Source of the DNA: Vicinamibacterales bacterium
GTDB lineage: Bacteria > Acidobacteriota > Vicinamibacteria > Vicinamibacterales > CAVVIG01
DNA length: 24,000 bases
Direction of reading: 5' to 3'
NCBI GenBank assembly: GCA_035652075.1
Contig: DASREL010000056.1
Span: forward strand, 28,888 to 52,887
Numbering within the stretch: the first letter of the stretch is position 1; each line of letters starts with the position of its first letter. The position numbers and the translations under genes are program-made. Below, piece by piece: positions 1 to 7,958 of the stretch. The notes under the pieces were generated by a model that made no database searches, was not told the origin of the DNA, and saw only the letters and a program-made list of their open reading frames with translations.

Positions 1-5
1 CCAAC

Positions 6-869
6 ATGTCTGGTCAATTGGGCGTCGCCGGGAACTACTCGCGTTTCGCGCCGCTGCAGCCCAACCCGAACGTCCAGCATCCGGTCGATGTGGCAACCAA
101 CGGCCAGAATACCTGCGCTCTTCGAGCCGACGGCAAGATCTTCTGCACTGGCCAGAACGGCGTCGGGATGCTGGGGCTCGGCTTCGCGGGTCCCGACATC
201 TTCGGGTTCACGCAACCCGTCGTCGATCCTGGCCCGTTTACGTCCGTCACCATGACCGGGCAGGGCGGAGCCTGCGCGCTCAAGACCGATTCCACCGTGT
301 GGTGCTGGGGTGATAACACGTGGGGTGAAAGTGGCGACGGCAAAGGCGGCATGAACATGAACGCGCTGACGCTCGTTCCGGTTCAACCGGTCGGACTGCC
401 GAAAATCAGGGCGCTCGCCGCCTCGTGGGGCACCGTGTGCGCGCTGGCGCTGGACGGCACCGTGTGGTGCTGGGGGATCGACCTCGGATTAATCAACGAT
501 CCGATGAAAGAATTCCAGAACACGCCGGTCCAAAAGAAGGGCCTGACCAACATCGTGTCGATGTCGATGAACCGCGATGCCGGATGCGGGATCGATATAA
601 ACCATGACGCGTGGTGCTGGGGAGCGGATTATGTCGGCCAGCTCGGTGACGGACAGGCGCGCAACGTCGCGGTGCCGACGCCGATCAAGGTTGCGCGGCC
701 GGACGGCGGGACGTTCCTCAAGCTCGTCGTCGGCTTTCAACACGTCTGCGGCCTGGTGACGCCACAGTACCGGCTGTACTGTTGGGGAGATAACTCGGCC
801 GGTGCGTTCGGAATCGGCAAGGCCGCCGCGGGGGCGTCCTTGCCGACCCAGAGTCACTTCGTGCCTTAG
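6..869 (+). CDS. RCC1-repeat (beta-propeller) protein, possibly 5'-truncated by the window edge
   Basis: Repeated RCC1-type blade signatures are present: VWCWGDNTWGESGDG, VWCWG, AWCWGADYVGQLGDG, LYCWGDNSAGAFGIG. The frame stays open back to base 3, so the true N-terminus may lie upstream. The stop codon overlaps the stop of the convergent receptor gene (TTAG). Confidence 0.75.
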   Translation: MSGQLGVAGNYSRFAPLQPNPNVQHPVDVATNGQNTCALRADGKIFCTGQNGVGMLGLGFAGPDIFGFTQPVVDPGPFTSVTMTGQGGACALKTDSTVWCWGDNTWGESGDGKGGMNMNALTLVPVQPVGLPKIRALAASWGTVCALALDGTVWCWGIDLGLINDPMKEFQNTPVQKKGLTNIVSMSMNRDAGCGIDINHDAWCWGADYVGQLGDGQARNVAVPTPIKVARPDGGTFLKLVVGFQHVCGLVTPQYRLYCWGDNSAGAFGIGKAAAGASLPTQSHFVP

Positions 870-3751
870 AACTTGAACGCCGCGCGGAAAACGACCGTCC
901 TCGGCGCCAGGATGGCCACCGGCGACAGGAACTGCTGCAGCGTCGCCCGGGTGCCCGTCGTCGGATCCGTGAACGCCGTCGCTTCCGTGCGGTTGCGCGC
1001 CGACCACACCGTGTCAGCGTTGGTGATGTTGTCGAAGTCGATCGACGCCTCGACCGAGCGGTTGCTGGCGAACCGGAACTGCTTGCCGACGCGAAGGTCG
1101 ATCTTCGTCAGCGTATCGAGCCGCGTGTTGCCGAGCGGTTCGAGGTTGATGATCTGGTTCGTCGCGAATCCGACCGCGCGGCTGATCTGCCGCGTAATCG
1201 GTGGACCCTGCTGGATGCTGAGGTTGCCGCTGATCAGGATGTTCTGCCACGGCAGCACGTACATCCCGGTCGACTTGAACTGATTCGGCCGATCCGGCGC
1301 GTTCGTGTCCGTGACGTTGCCTGTTGCGTTGATCAGCACGTTCGGGTTCGTTGCGGCAGTGATGCTGTTGATCTCTGTCTTCGCCAACGTGTAACCGACG
1401 AGCAACTGCCACCGATTCGACAGCCGCTTGTTCATCGTCAGCTCCAACCCTTTGTACGTCTGCAGGTAGCCCGTGTCGTTGGTGATGACGGTGCGGTTCA
1501 ATGCCGACGTGCGGGCGTAGAAACCGTAGGTGCCGTCATCAGCGGTGCCGACGACCCCGTCGATGCCCGGATCCACCGCGCTCGTCAGCGTTGACGCGTA
1601 CGGGTTGTCGGGGTTGATCGATGCCTGAATGTTCTTTTCCTGCCGGTAGGTCACGACGGCGCTGAACTTCGTGTTCGCCATCACCTCACGGTCGATGCCA
1701 AAGCTGTACTCGTTCGTGTAGGGCCGGCTGAAATTCGGATCGATTGACGTCGCGATCTGCCCGTTGACGACGACAGCCGAAACGACCGGCACGCCGCTTT
1801 GCTCGCCGATCTCGAACTTGTGGTCGCCGTTCAGATCGTTCCAGGTGTACTGCTCCGAGTAGTTGGCGTTCGGGTTGACGTTGCTGACACCGCCACCGCC
1901 CGTCGACAGGACGTAGAGGTAACGTGCAGCCGACGCCTTCGCGGCGGTCTTTCCATCACCGGTGAGGTCGAACACGGCCGCGATACGGGGCGCGACGTTG
2001 TTCCACAGCACGATGCCGCGCTGTTCCGGGAAGCTGCGCGGCTGCGCGGCGAATCCGCCGATGCCCGCGGCCGCAAACGGCGACGCTGGGCTGTTCTGCG
2101 GCGGCAGATAGCCTTCGAGATGCTCGTACCGCAGACCGCCGGTCACGGTGAGGCGTTTGACGGTGACGTTGTCCTGCCAGAAGAGCGCGAGCAGGTTGAC
2201 CGCCGACACGTCGTTCTGTGGCGTGGCGAACAGCGTGACGTTCTGCGGCACGAAGACGCCGCTGGCGGACGTGTAGGTCGTCGTCACGTTGTCGACGCGC
2301 GTGTTCTCGTTCGTCGTGACCGCGTGCGAGTAATCGAAGCCGAACTTGAGCTCGTGGCGCGCACCGAGCGCGTTGTCGACGTAGTAGTTCGCGGTCCCGT
2401 TGAACTGATCGCGATCGCGGTGCCGGACCGTATTCGTCGGGAAGTTGCCGTAGACGATGCCGGTCGCGTTGTCAGTCGTCGATTGCTGATTGCCGCCATT
2501 CTGATACGTGGGGAACAGAATCTTGTTGATCGCCAGGCGCGCGTCGATGAACAGGTTCTTGCCGATCACCGAGTTCCACAGGCCTTGCGCGACGTGGAAC
2601 CGATCTTCTTCGTCGCTCGTGGAGTCGATGACCGTGATCGACGAGTTATTGAGCAGGCGATTCGGTTTGCTGTACCGCTGGTACGAATACAAACCGGTGA
2701 TGCGGTTGCTGCCGTTCAACTGCCAGGTGACGTTGCCGAGACCGTTCGTGATGTTCGTCTGGTCGAGGACGACCTGCGAGTTCTGCACCGGCACGTTCTG
2801 TCCGACGCGCCAATCGCGGAACGTCCCGAAGAAGCGCAGCTTGTCCTGCGTCAGCGGGCCGCCGCCGGTAATGTTGGCGTCAGACACCTTGTTCGCGGTA
2901 TCGCTGTCCGGTCGAATGCCGTACTTCTGGAGCGTCGGGTTGTGGTCGTTGCGAGCTTGCGTCGAATCACTCAGCCAGGTGAACGTGCCCGAGCCGGCCC
3001 AGTGGTCGCCGCCGCTCTTGGTCACCATGTTCAGGAACACGCCGCCGGTCGGCACCGTGATGTCGTGCGCGCCGGTCGAGACCTGCACGTCTTCGAGCGA
3101 GTCGAAGTCGTAGTAGAAGCCGGCGAAGCCAATGGCGGCGGGATCGCCGACGTTGACGCCGTTCAGATACAGCGTGTTCTGCGACGCGGTGGTGCCGCGC
3201 GCGCTGAAACCGCCTTGCAACCCGCCCGACGTGCCGGCGACGTCCGGACGACTCATGCTCAATCCGGGTACCTTCGCTTCGAGGAGCCCCCACAAATCAC
3301 GACCGCCGGGCGTCTCCTGAAGGAGCGTCGAGCTGAGGTTCACGTTGACGTTCGCGCTCGTCGTGTCGATCGTCGGCGAGGTGCCGGCGACGGTGACGGT
3401 TTCCGCCACGGTCGCGACGTTCATCGAGAAGTCGATCGGCGTTGTCTGGCCGACGAGCACGTCGATCCCTTCGCGCACGAGCGTCTTAAAACCCTGGAGT
3501 TCCACTTTCACCTGGTACGTGCCAGGCGGGAGCGACGGGAAGCGGTAGACGCCGCCCGCGTCGGTGACGCCCGCCATCGTTCCGCCCGGGAGGACCGAGC
3601 TCGAGATCGTCACAGAGGCGCCGGGCACAGTCGCGCCCTGTTGATCGACCGCTTTGACGAGAATGCTGCCCGTCTGAACCTGTGCGATGGCGGGTGCGGC
3701 CGCCACTGCAAGCACACCAATCACCGCTAAGAACCGTACAAACTGTTTCAT
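866..3751 (-). CDS. TonB-dependent outer-membrane receptor with N-terminal carboxypeptidase-regulatory-like domain
   Basis: Sec signal peptide MKQFVRFLAVIGVLAVAAAPAIAQ. N-terminal CarboxypepD_reg-like beta-sandwich (PPGTYQVKVELQGFKT). Plug-like segment (LLQETPGG...LYLNGVNVGDP). Long beta-barrel body ending in an aromatic residue (AAFKF). AGGAGG Shine-Dalgarno (SD) 6 nt upstream of the ATG. Confidence 0.9.
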   Translation of the reverse strand: MKQFVRFLAVIGVLAVAAAPAIAQVQTGSILVKAVDQQGATVPGASVTISSSVLPGGTMAGVTDAGGVYRFPSLPPGTYQVKVELQGFKTLVREGIDVLVGQTTPIDFSMNVATVAETVTVAGTSPTIDTTSANVNVNLSSTLLQETPGGRDLWGLLEAKVPGLSMSRPDVAGTSGGLQGGFSARGTTASQNTLYLNGVNVGDPAAIGFAGFYYDFDSLEDVQVSTGAHDITVPTGGVFLNMVTKSGGDHWAGSGTFTWLSDSTQARNDHNPTLQKYGIRPDSDTANKVSDANITGGGPLTQDKLRFFGTFRDWRVGQNVPVQNSQVVLDQTNITNGLGNVTWQLNGSNRITGLYSYQRYSKPNRLLNNSSITVIDSTSDEEDRFHVAQGLWNSVIGKNLFIDARLAINKILFPTYQNGGNQQSTTDNATGIVYGNFPTNTVRHRDRDQFNGTANYYVDNALGARHELKFGFDYSHAVTTNENTRVDNVTTTYTSASGVFVPQNVTLFATPQNDVSAVNLLALFWQDNVTVKRLTVTGGLRYEHLEGYLPPQNSPASPFAAAGIGGFAAQPRSFPEQRGIVLWNNVAPRIAAVFDLTGDGKTAAKASAARYLYVLSTGGGGVSNVNPNANYSEQYTWNDLNGDHKFEIGEQSGVPVVSAVVVNGQIATSIDPNFSRPYTNEYSFGIDREVMANTKFSAVVTYRQEKNIQASINPDNPYASTLTSAVDPGIDGVVGTADDGTYGFYARTSALNRTVITNDTGYLQTYKGLELTMNKRLSNRWQLLVGYTLAKTEINSITAATNPNVLINATGNVTDTNAPDRPNQFKSTGMYVLPWQNILISGNLSIQQGPPITRQISRAVGFATNQIINLEPLGNTRLDTLTKIDLRVGKQFRFASNRSVEASIDFDNITNADTVWSARNRTEATAFTDPTTGTRATLQQFLSPVAILAPRTVVFRAAFKF

Positions 3752-3879
3752 CTAGACCCTCCTGAAGGGTGGACTGATTTTACAAAACCGTCATGGTGCA
3801 CGAACGACAGTTGCTCACGAAAAGCGCCGAATGTGGCAGCACTTCGAAAAGTTGGATACTCTGTGCGCGAGGTCGGTAC

Positions 3880-5937
3880 ATGAAGCGTTTATACGTAATT
3901 GCGGCGGCAGCCTTGGTCATGGCGCAGTCGCCGGCCCCCCGCCAGCTGACGATCGAGCACCTGATTGACATCCGTCATCCCTCGGCGCCGGCGTGGTCGC
4001 CGGACAGCCAGCACGTGGCGTATCTCTCCGAGCGCGCCGGCATCGCGAATATTTACGTCGACGCGAAGGCGGTCACAAGCTTCGCGGACGGCGTCGGCGG
4101 AGCCTTCTTCTGGAGCGCGGACAGCCAGCGGATCTACTTTCCGCGCGGCGGCGATCTGTGGTCGGTCGGCGCGACGGGCGGCCAGCCGTCGGCGGTGTGG
4201 ACGACAGCGGCTGCCGAGACGAGCATCACGCCGTCACCGGATCGGTCGCGCGTCGCCTTCGTCAGGGGACGCGACATCGTCGTGCGCTCGCTCGCCGATG
4301 GACACGAAACGAGCGTCACGCGAGCGGAGCAGGCGATCAACGGCGTGAACTGGACCCCGGACGGAAAGAACCTGCTGTTTACCGCGGGTGCCGAGACGAT
4401 TCGCCACGAGCAGACGCCAGACTACAGCGGCGCGAAAATCATCTACACCATCAGCGAGCGGCGCGGCGGTGAATCGTTCATCGTGCCGGCCGCCGGCGGT
4501 AGTCCCACACGGCTCCCGCGCATCGGCGGCGGCCAGGGCGGCGCGCGCTGGGTCGATGCGACGCATACCGTGACCGATCGCGTCGCCGACTTCAAGCACC
4601 GCACGATTGCGGTGTCAGACACCTCTGGCACCTCGAAAACGCTGTACGAAGAAACTGACCCGAAGTTCTGGAGCATCCCGGGCCAGGCCGAACCGAACGC
4701 GCAAGCGTCGCCGGATGGCAAGTGGATCGCATTTCTTTCCGATCGCGACGGCTGGGATCACGTCTACGTGACCGCCGCGAACGGCGGAACACCAAAGCAA
4801 CTCACGAAGGGGAAGTTCGAAGCGTGGCGTCCCGCGTGGTCGCCCGACAGCACGACCATCGCGTTCGACGCGAACGAGCCTGATCATCCCGGCGATCGTC
4901 ATCTTGGAATCGTGACCGTTGATGGTGCCGTGACGATGCTGACCAACACGCGTGGGACCGACACGGCGCCCGTCTGGTCGCCCGATGGGAAGAAGGTCGT
5001 CTATCAACACACTGGGCCGTACAACTCGGCGGACCTGTGGGTCATCGACGTCGCGTCGAAGATGACAACGCGCGTGTCGGAGTCGATGCCGGCGTCGATG
5101 GACACGTCGCAGTTGGTCGAACCGCAATTCGTACACTACCCGGGCCCTGACGGTCAGCCGGTACCAGGCTGGTTGTTCGTGCCGAAGAACCTGGATCGCA
5201 CGCGCAAGCATCCGGCGATCGTGTGGATCCACGGCGACGGCATCAATCAAAACTACGACGGCTGGCACGTGCAGCGGAACTACGCGGTGTATTACAGCTT
5301 CCACCAGTACCTGCTGCAGAAGGGGTACGTCGTGTTCGCGCCGGACTATCGCGGCAGCATCGGCTACGGCCGCGACTGGCGGCAGGGCGTCTACATGGAC
5401 GTCGGCGGCAAGGACGCGAAAGACGCATGGATGTCGGCGAACTACCTGAAGACGCTCGGCTACGTCGACGCCGACCGGATTGGCGTCTGGGGATTGAGCT
5501 ACGGTGGCTTCTTCACGCTCATCGCCGTCACCGATCAACCGACGCTCTTTCGCGCGGCCGTCGACGTCGCCGGCGTCGTCGACTACGCGATGTATTACGA
5601 GGATCCGTATCACGGGTCGTGGACGGCCAGCCGCATCGGCACGCCCGACGAACATCCTGACGTCTACGCGAAAGCCTCGCCGCTGTCGCATATCGATCGG
5701 CTCGCGCGTCCGCTGTTGGTGCTGCACGGCACGAGCGACGTCAATGTCCCGTACCTGCATTCGGTGCGGCTCCTCGACGAGGTGATGAAGAAAGGCAAGG
5801 GCGATCTCGTGTCGTTCATGACCTATCCCGGCGAGTTCCATTACTTCACGCGGGAGCATGTCCTGCGCGACGCCTGGCATCGCGTCGAGGAATTTTTCGA
5901 CGCGCATTTGAAGGCGGCCAGCGCGACGACGCATTAG
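3880..5937 (+). CDS. Secreted S9-family serine peptidase (prolyl oligopeptidase / acylaminoacyl-peptidase type) with N-terminal TolB/PD40-like beta-propeller
   Basis: Repeated PD40-like motifs (WSPDSQHVAY, SPDGKWIAF, WSPDSTTIAF, WSPDGKKVVY). Catalytic GLSYGG nucleophile elbow, HGTSDVNVP Asp segment and GEFHYF His segment. I moved the start to the ATG at 3880, which gives the signal peptide MKRLYVIAAAALVMAQ and has GAGG 7 nt upstream, instead of the track start at 3793. Confidence 0.9.
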   Translation: MKRLYVIAAAALVMAQSPAPRQLTIEHLIDIRHPSAPAWSPDSQHVAYLSERAGIANIYVDAKAVTSFADGVGGAFFWSADSQRIYFPRGGDLWSVGATGGQPSAVWTTAAAETSITPSPDRSRVAFVRGRDIVVRSLADGHETSVTRAEQAINGVNWTPDGKNLLFTAGAETIRHEQTPDYSGAKIIYTISERRGGESFIVPAAGGSPTRLPRIGGGQGGARWVDATHTVTDRVADFKHRTIAVSDTSGTSKTLYEETDPKFWSIPGQAEPNAQASPDGKWIAFLSDRDGWDHVYVTAANGGTPKQLTKGKFEAWRPAWSPDSTTIAFDANEPDHPGDRHLGIVTVDGAVTMLTNTRGTDTAPVWSPDGKKVVYQHTGPYNSADLWVIDVASKMTTRVSESMPASMDTSQLVEPQFVHYPGPDGQPVPGWLFVPKNLDRTRKHPAIVWIHGDGINQNYDGWHVQRNYAVYYSFHQYLLQKGYVVFAPDYRGSIGYGRDWRQGVYMDVGGKDAKDAWMSANYLKTLGYVDADRIGVWGLSYGGFFTLIAVTDQPTLFRAAVDVAGVVDYAMYYEDPYHGSWTASRIGTPDEHPDVYAKASPLSHIDRLARPLLVLHGTSDVNVPYLHSVRLLDEVMKKGKGDLVSFMTYPGEFHYFTREHVLRDAWHRVEEFFDAHLKAASATTH
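4611..4632 (+). repeat. Copy 1 of an exact 22-bp repeat GGTGTCAGACACCTCTGGCACC (inside the S9 peptidase CDS)
   Basis: Identical 22-mer to 7387..7408, with unrelated flanks. It is read in the same frame in both genes (VSDTSGT). It contains the hairpin-capable core GGTGT-CAG-ACACC. Confidence 0.9.
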
Positions 5938-5946
5938 GATCGAAGG

Positions 5947-6621
5947 ATGGAGCGCGAAGGCTTGAGCCGAGCGATCGCCGTCGCGGCGCTCGTTCTTTCC
6001 ATCGTCCCGCTATCCGCGCAGACGCGCCGCGCGCCGGCGAAGAAGCCGGCGGCTGCGGCCGCATTGAAGAAGGAAGCGCCGGAATACACCTGTCCGACGC
6101 CGCTCGGTGTCGGCGTGACGACAAGGATTTCGTTCTGCGAGGTCGCGATAGGGCGCGACCCCGCGGGCGGCATCCTCGTCAAGCTGCCACCGCATCGTGG
6201 TCCGGTGACCTTGACGTTCGATCTCCACAACCGCCACACCTATTCGGAAGAAGACGTGCGCGCGAACCGCGCCTACGCGCGCTACACCGCGGGCATCGGC
6301 GTCCTCGAGATGGACAACACGCTGATCAGCCGCGCGGCGGTGATCAGCGAGTTTCGGTCAGCGAAAGATCTGCTCGATCGAATCGGCGGCGGCGCGGGTC
6401 CGAGCGGTGTCAAAGCGGTCGCGCCGCTTGGCGACGAAAAAGTGACTATCGCGATTCCGGAGACCGACGACGAGGTGAGCATCCTCGGCGAGAAGCTCGC
6501 CGTCGAACGTCAGGACGGGACGACGAACGTGACGCAGCAAGGGCGATTGATTGCCGCCGTCAGCAACCTGATGATCGAATACCGTCCCGGTCCACCGCCG
6601 CGAAAGGCGAGGAAAAAATGA
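5947..6621 (+). CDS. Hypothetical exported protein (signal peptide, Lys/Ala-rich linker, no recognisable domain)
   Basis: Starts 9 nt after the peptidase stop, with GAAGGA immediately upstream. Signal-like N-terminus AIAVAALVLSIVPLSAQ. GC3-rich codons. Its stop overlaps the next start (ATGA). I recognise no family motif. Confidence 0.6.
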   Translation: MEREGLSRAIAVAALVLSIVPLSAQTRRAPAKKPAAAAALKKEAPEYTCPTPLGVGVTTRISFCEVAIGRDPAGGILVKLPPHRGPVTLTFDLHNRHTYSEEDVRANRAYARYTAGIGVLEMDNTLISRAAVISEFRSAKDLLDRIGGGAGPSGVKAVAPLGDEKVTIAIPETDDEVSILGEKLAVERQDGTTNVTQQGRLIAAVSNLMIEYRPGPPPRKARKK

Positions 6622-7067
6622 TTCGTACGCTGTTGTTCGTCTCGTTCGCGCTCGTCCCTGTCGTGGCCATGGCCCAGGTCAAACGCACCAATCCGCCGAC
6701 GCTGTCGACGCCAACCGGCTACACGCACGTCGTCGAAGTGACCGGTCCGGCGAAGACCGTGTACATCTCCGGGCAGATCGCGCTGGACAAGGACGGCAAC
6801 CTCGTCGGCGGCAACTCGATGAAAGGGCAGGCCGAGCAGGTGTTCAAGAACCTGCAGGCGGCGCTTGCCGCGGCGGGGGCAAAATTCAGCGACGTGGTGA
6901 AGATGAACACGTACACCACGGATATGGCGCAGGTGCAGGCGATCCGCGATGTGCGCACGAAGTACTTCGACGCGTCGGCGCTGCCCGCGAGCACGCTCGT
7001 GCAGGTCGTCCACCTGGCGCGGCCGGAACTGCTGCTCGAGATCGAAGTCATCGCGGTCGTGAAATGA
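6618..7067 (+). CDS. RidA/YjgF/endoribonuclease L-PSP family protein with an N-terminal signal peptide
   Basis: Family-typical segments YISGQIALDKDGNLVGG, QAEQVFKNLQAALAAAGAKFSDVVKMNTY and a C-terminal LLEIEVIAV. N-terminus MIRTLLFVSFALVPVVAMAQ looks like a Sec signal. ATGA overlaps at both ends. Confidence 0.85.
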   Translation: MIRTLLFVSFALVPVVAMAQVKRTNPPTLSTPTGYTHVVEVTGPAKTVYISGQIALDKDGNLVGGNSMKGQAEQVFKNLQAALAAAGAKFSDVVKMNTYTTDMAQVQAIRDVRTKYFDASALPASTLVQVVHLARPELLLEIEVIAVVK

Positions 7068-7873
7068 AACGGCAGTTCGGCGACTTCGAGTTCGATACCT
7101 CGTCGCGCGAACTCCGCCGCCACGGCGAGGTCGTCAAGCTGCAGGCGCAGCCGGCGCAGGTGCTGGCGCTGCTCATCGAGCACGCGGGCGAGGTGGTGTC
7201 ACGCGATGCGATCCGCGACGCCGTCTGGGGTCAGGACACGTTCGTCGATTTCGACAAAGGCCTGAACTTCGCGATCGCGCAGGTCCGCGCCGCGCTCGGC
7301 GATTCTGCCGACTCACCGACCTTCATCAAGACGTTCCCGAAGCGCGGCTATCAGTTTGTGGGGTCTGACACCTCCGACACCTCAGAGGTGTCAGACACCT
7401 CTGGCACCCAACGGATGGTGTGGATCGCGATTGCCATCGCAATCGTGGCCGTGGCGACGTGGTTCTTCACGATGCGGCCGTCGCCGGCACACACGATTGC
7501 CGTGCTGCGATTCGACAACCAGACCGGGTCCGCGGAGTTCGACCGCTATGCCCAGAACCTGACGGACGCGGTGGTCGCCGAGTTGACGGCGTCCGGTTCC
7601 GGACGGTTCGGGATTATTGGCAACGCCGTCGCGCTCCGCACGCCGCGCGAGCAGCGCGACATCGTCGCCATCGGCCGTCAACTGAACGCCGGTTACATCA
7701 TCCTCGGCCAGGTCCTGCGGGAAGGCGATCGAGTCCGGATCCTCGCGCACTTGATCCGATTGCCGGAGCAAACGCACCTGTGGGTGACGCGGGTGGAGCG
7801 CGCACCGACCGATCTCGTCAAGCCGTCAGAGCTCGCACAGCGGATTTCGACAGAGTTTCTCGAGAAACTCTGA
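7064..7873 (+). CDS. Membrane-anchored winged-helix (OmpR/PhoB-type, ToxR/CadC-like) transcriptional regulator with extracytoplasmic sensor module
   Basis: Trans_reg_C-like N-terminus (FEFDTSSRELRRHGEVVKLQAQPAQVLALLIEH...IKTFPKRGYQFVG). SDT-rich linker. One TM helix (MVWIAIAIAIVAVATWFFTM). About 100-aa module starting IAVLRFDN. Confidence 0.85.
   Translation: MKRQFGDFEFDTSSRELRRHGEVVKLQAQPAQVLALLIEHAGEVVSRDAIRDAVWGQDTFVDFDKGLNFAIAQVRAALGDSADSPTFIKTFPKRGYQFVGSDTSDTSEVSDTSGTQRMVWIAIAIAIVAVATWFFTMRPSPAHTIAVLRFDNQTGSAEFDRYAQNLTDAVVAELTASGSGRFGIIGNAVALRTPREQRDIVAIGRQLNAGYIILGQVLREGDRVRILAHLIRLPEQTHLWVTRVERAPTDLVKPSELAQRISTEFLEKL
7361..7408 (+). repeat. Palindromic/tandem repeat block in the regulator linker, containing copy 2 of the 22-bp repeat
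   Basis: GACACCTC occurs at 7367, 7376 and 7394, and inverted at 7385. There is a perfect 21-bp palindrome CAGAGGTGTC-A-GACACCTCTG at 7383..7403. The exact 22-mer at 7387..7408 equals 4611..4632. The block encodes SDTSDTSEVSDTSGT. Confidence 0.9.
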
Positions 7874-7958
7874 CGCCTCATCTTTTCCTCACTCGAACTC
7901 TCCGTCAGTCGGTTGTCGTCCGGTCCTCGATTCGCGTCTCATCACGCGTGGAGGGCCG

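Noticed and set aside
1799-3730. 643-aa plus-strand ORF antisense to the TonB-dependent receptor.
   Set aside because: It is Arg/Val/Asp-rich and low-complexity with no motifs. This is the typical shadow ORF of a GC-rich genome, and the opposite strand carries a clear receptor with signal peptide and SD.
3793-3879. Upstream extensions of three track ORFs: 3793..3879 for the peptidase, 21783..22262 for the TPR-CxxCH protein and 21112..21162 for the kinase.
   Set aside because: The extensions lack SD sequences and would bury the signal peptide or first TM helix. Internal ATGs with GAGG or GGAGGG upstream, or with proper N-terminal topology, fit better.
3752-3879. TGGCAG...TTGC-like strings in the receptor/peptidase divergent region, considered as a sigma-54 or sigma-70 promoter.
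   Set aside because: The spacing and the second element do not match the TGGCAC-N5-TTGC consensus. No hexamer pair at 16-18 bp spacing was convincing.
4615-5934. 439-aa minus-strand ORF opposite the S9 peptidase.
   Set aside because: Shadow ORF. The plus frame has the catalytic triad segments and PD40 repeats.
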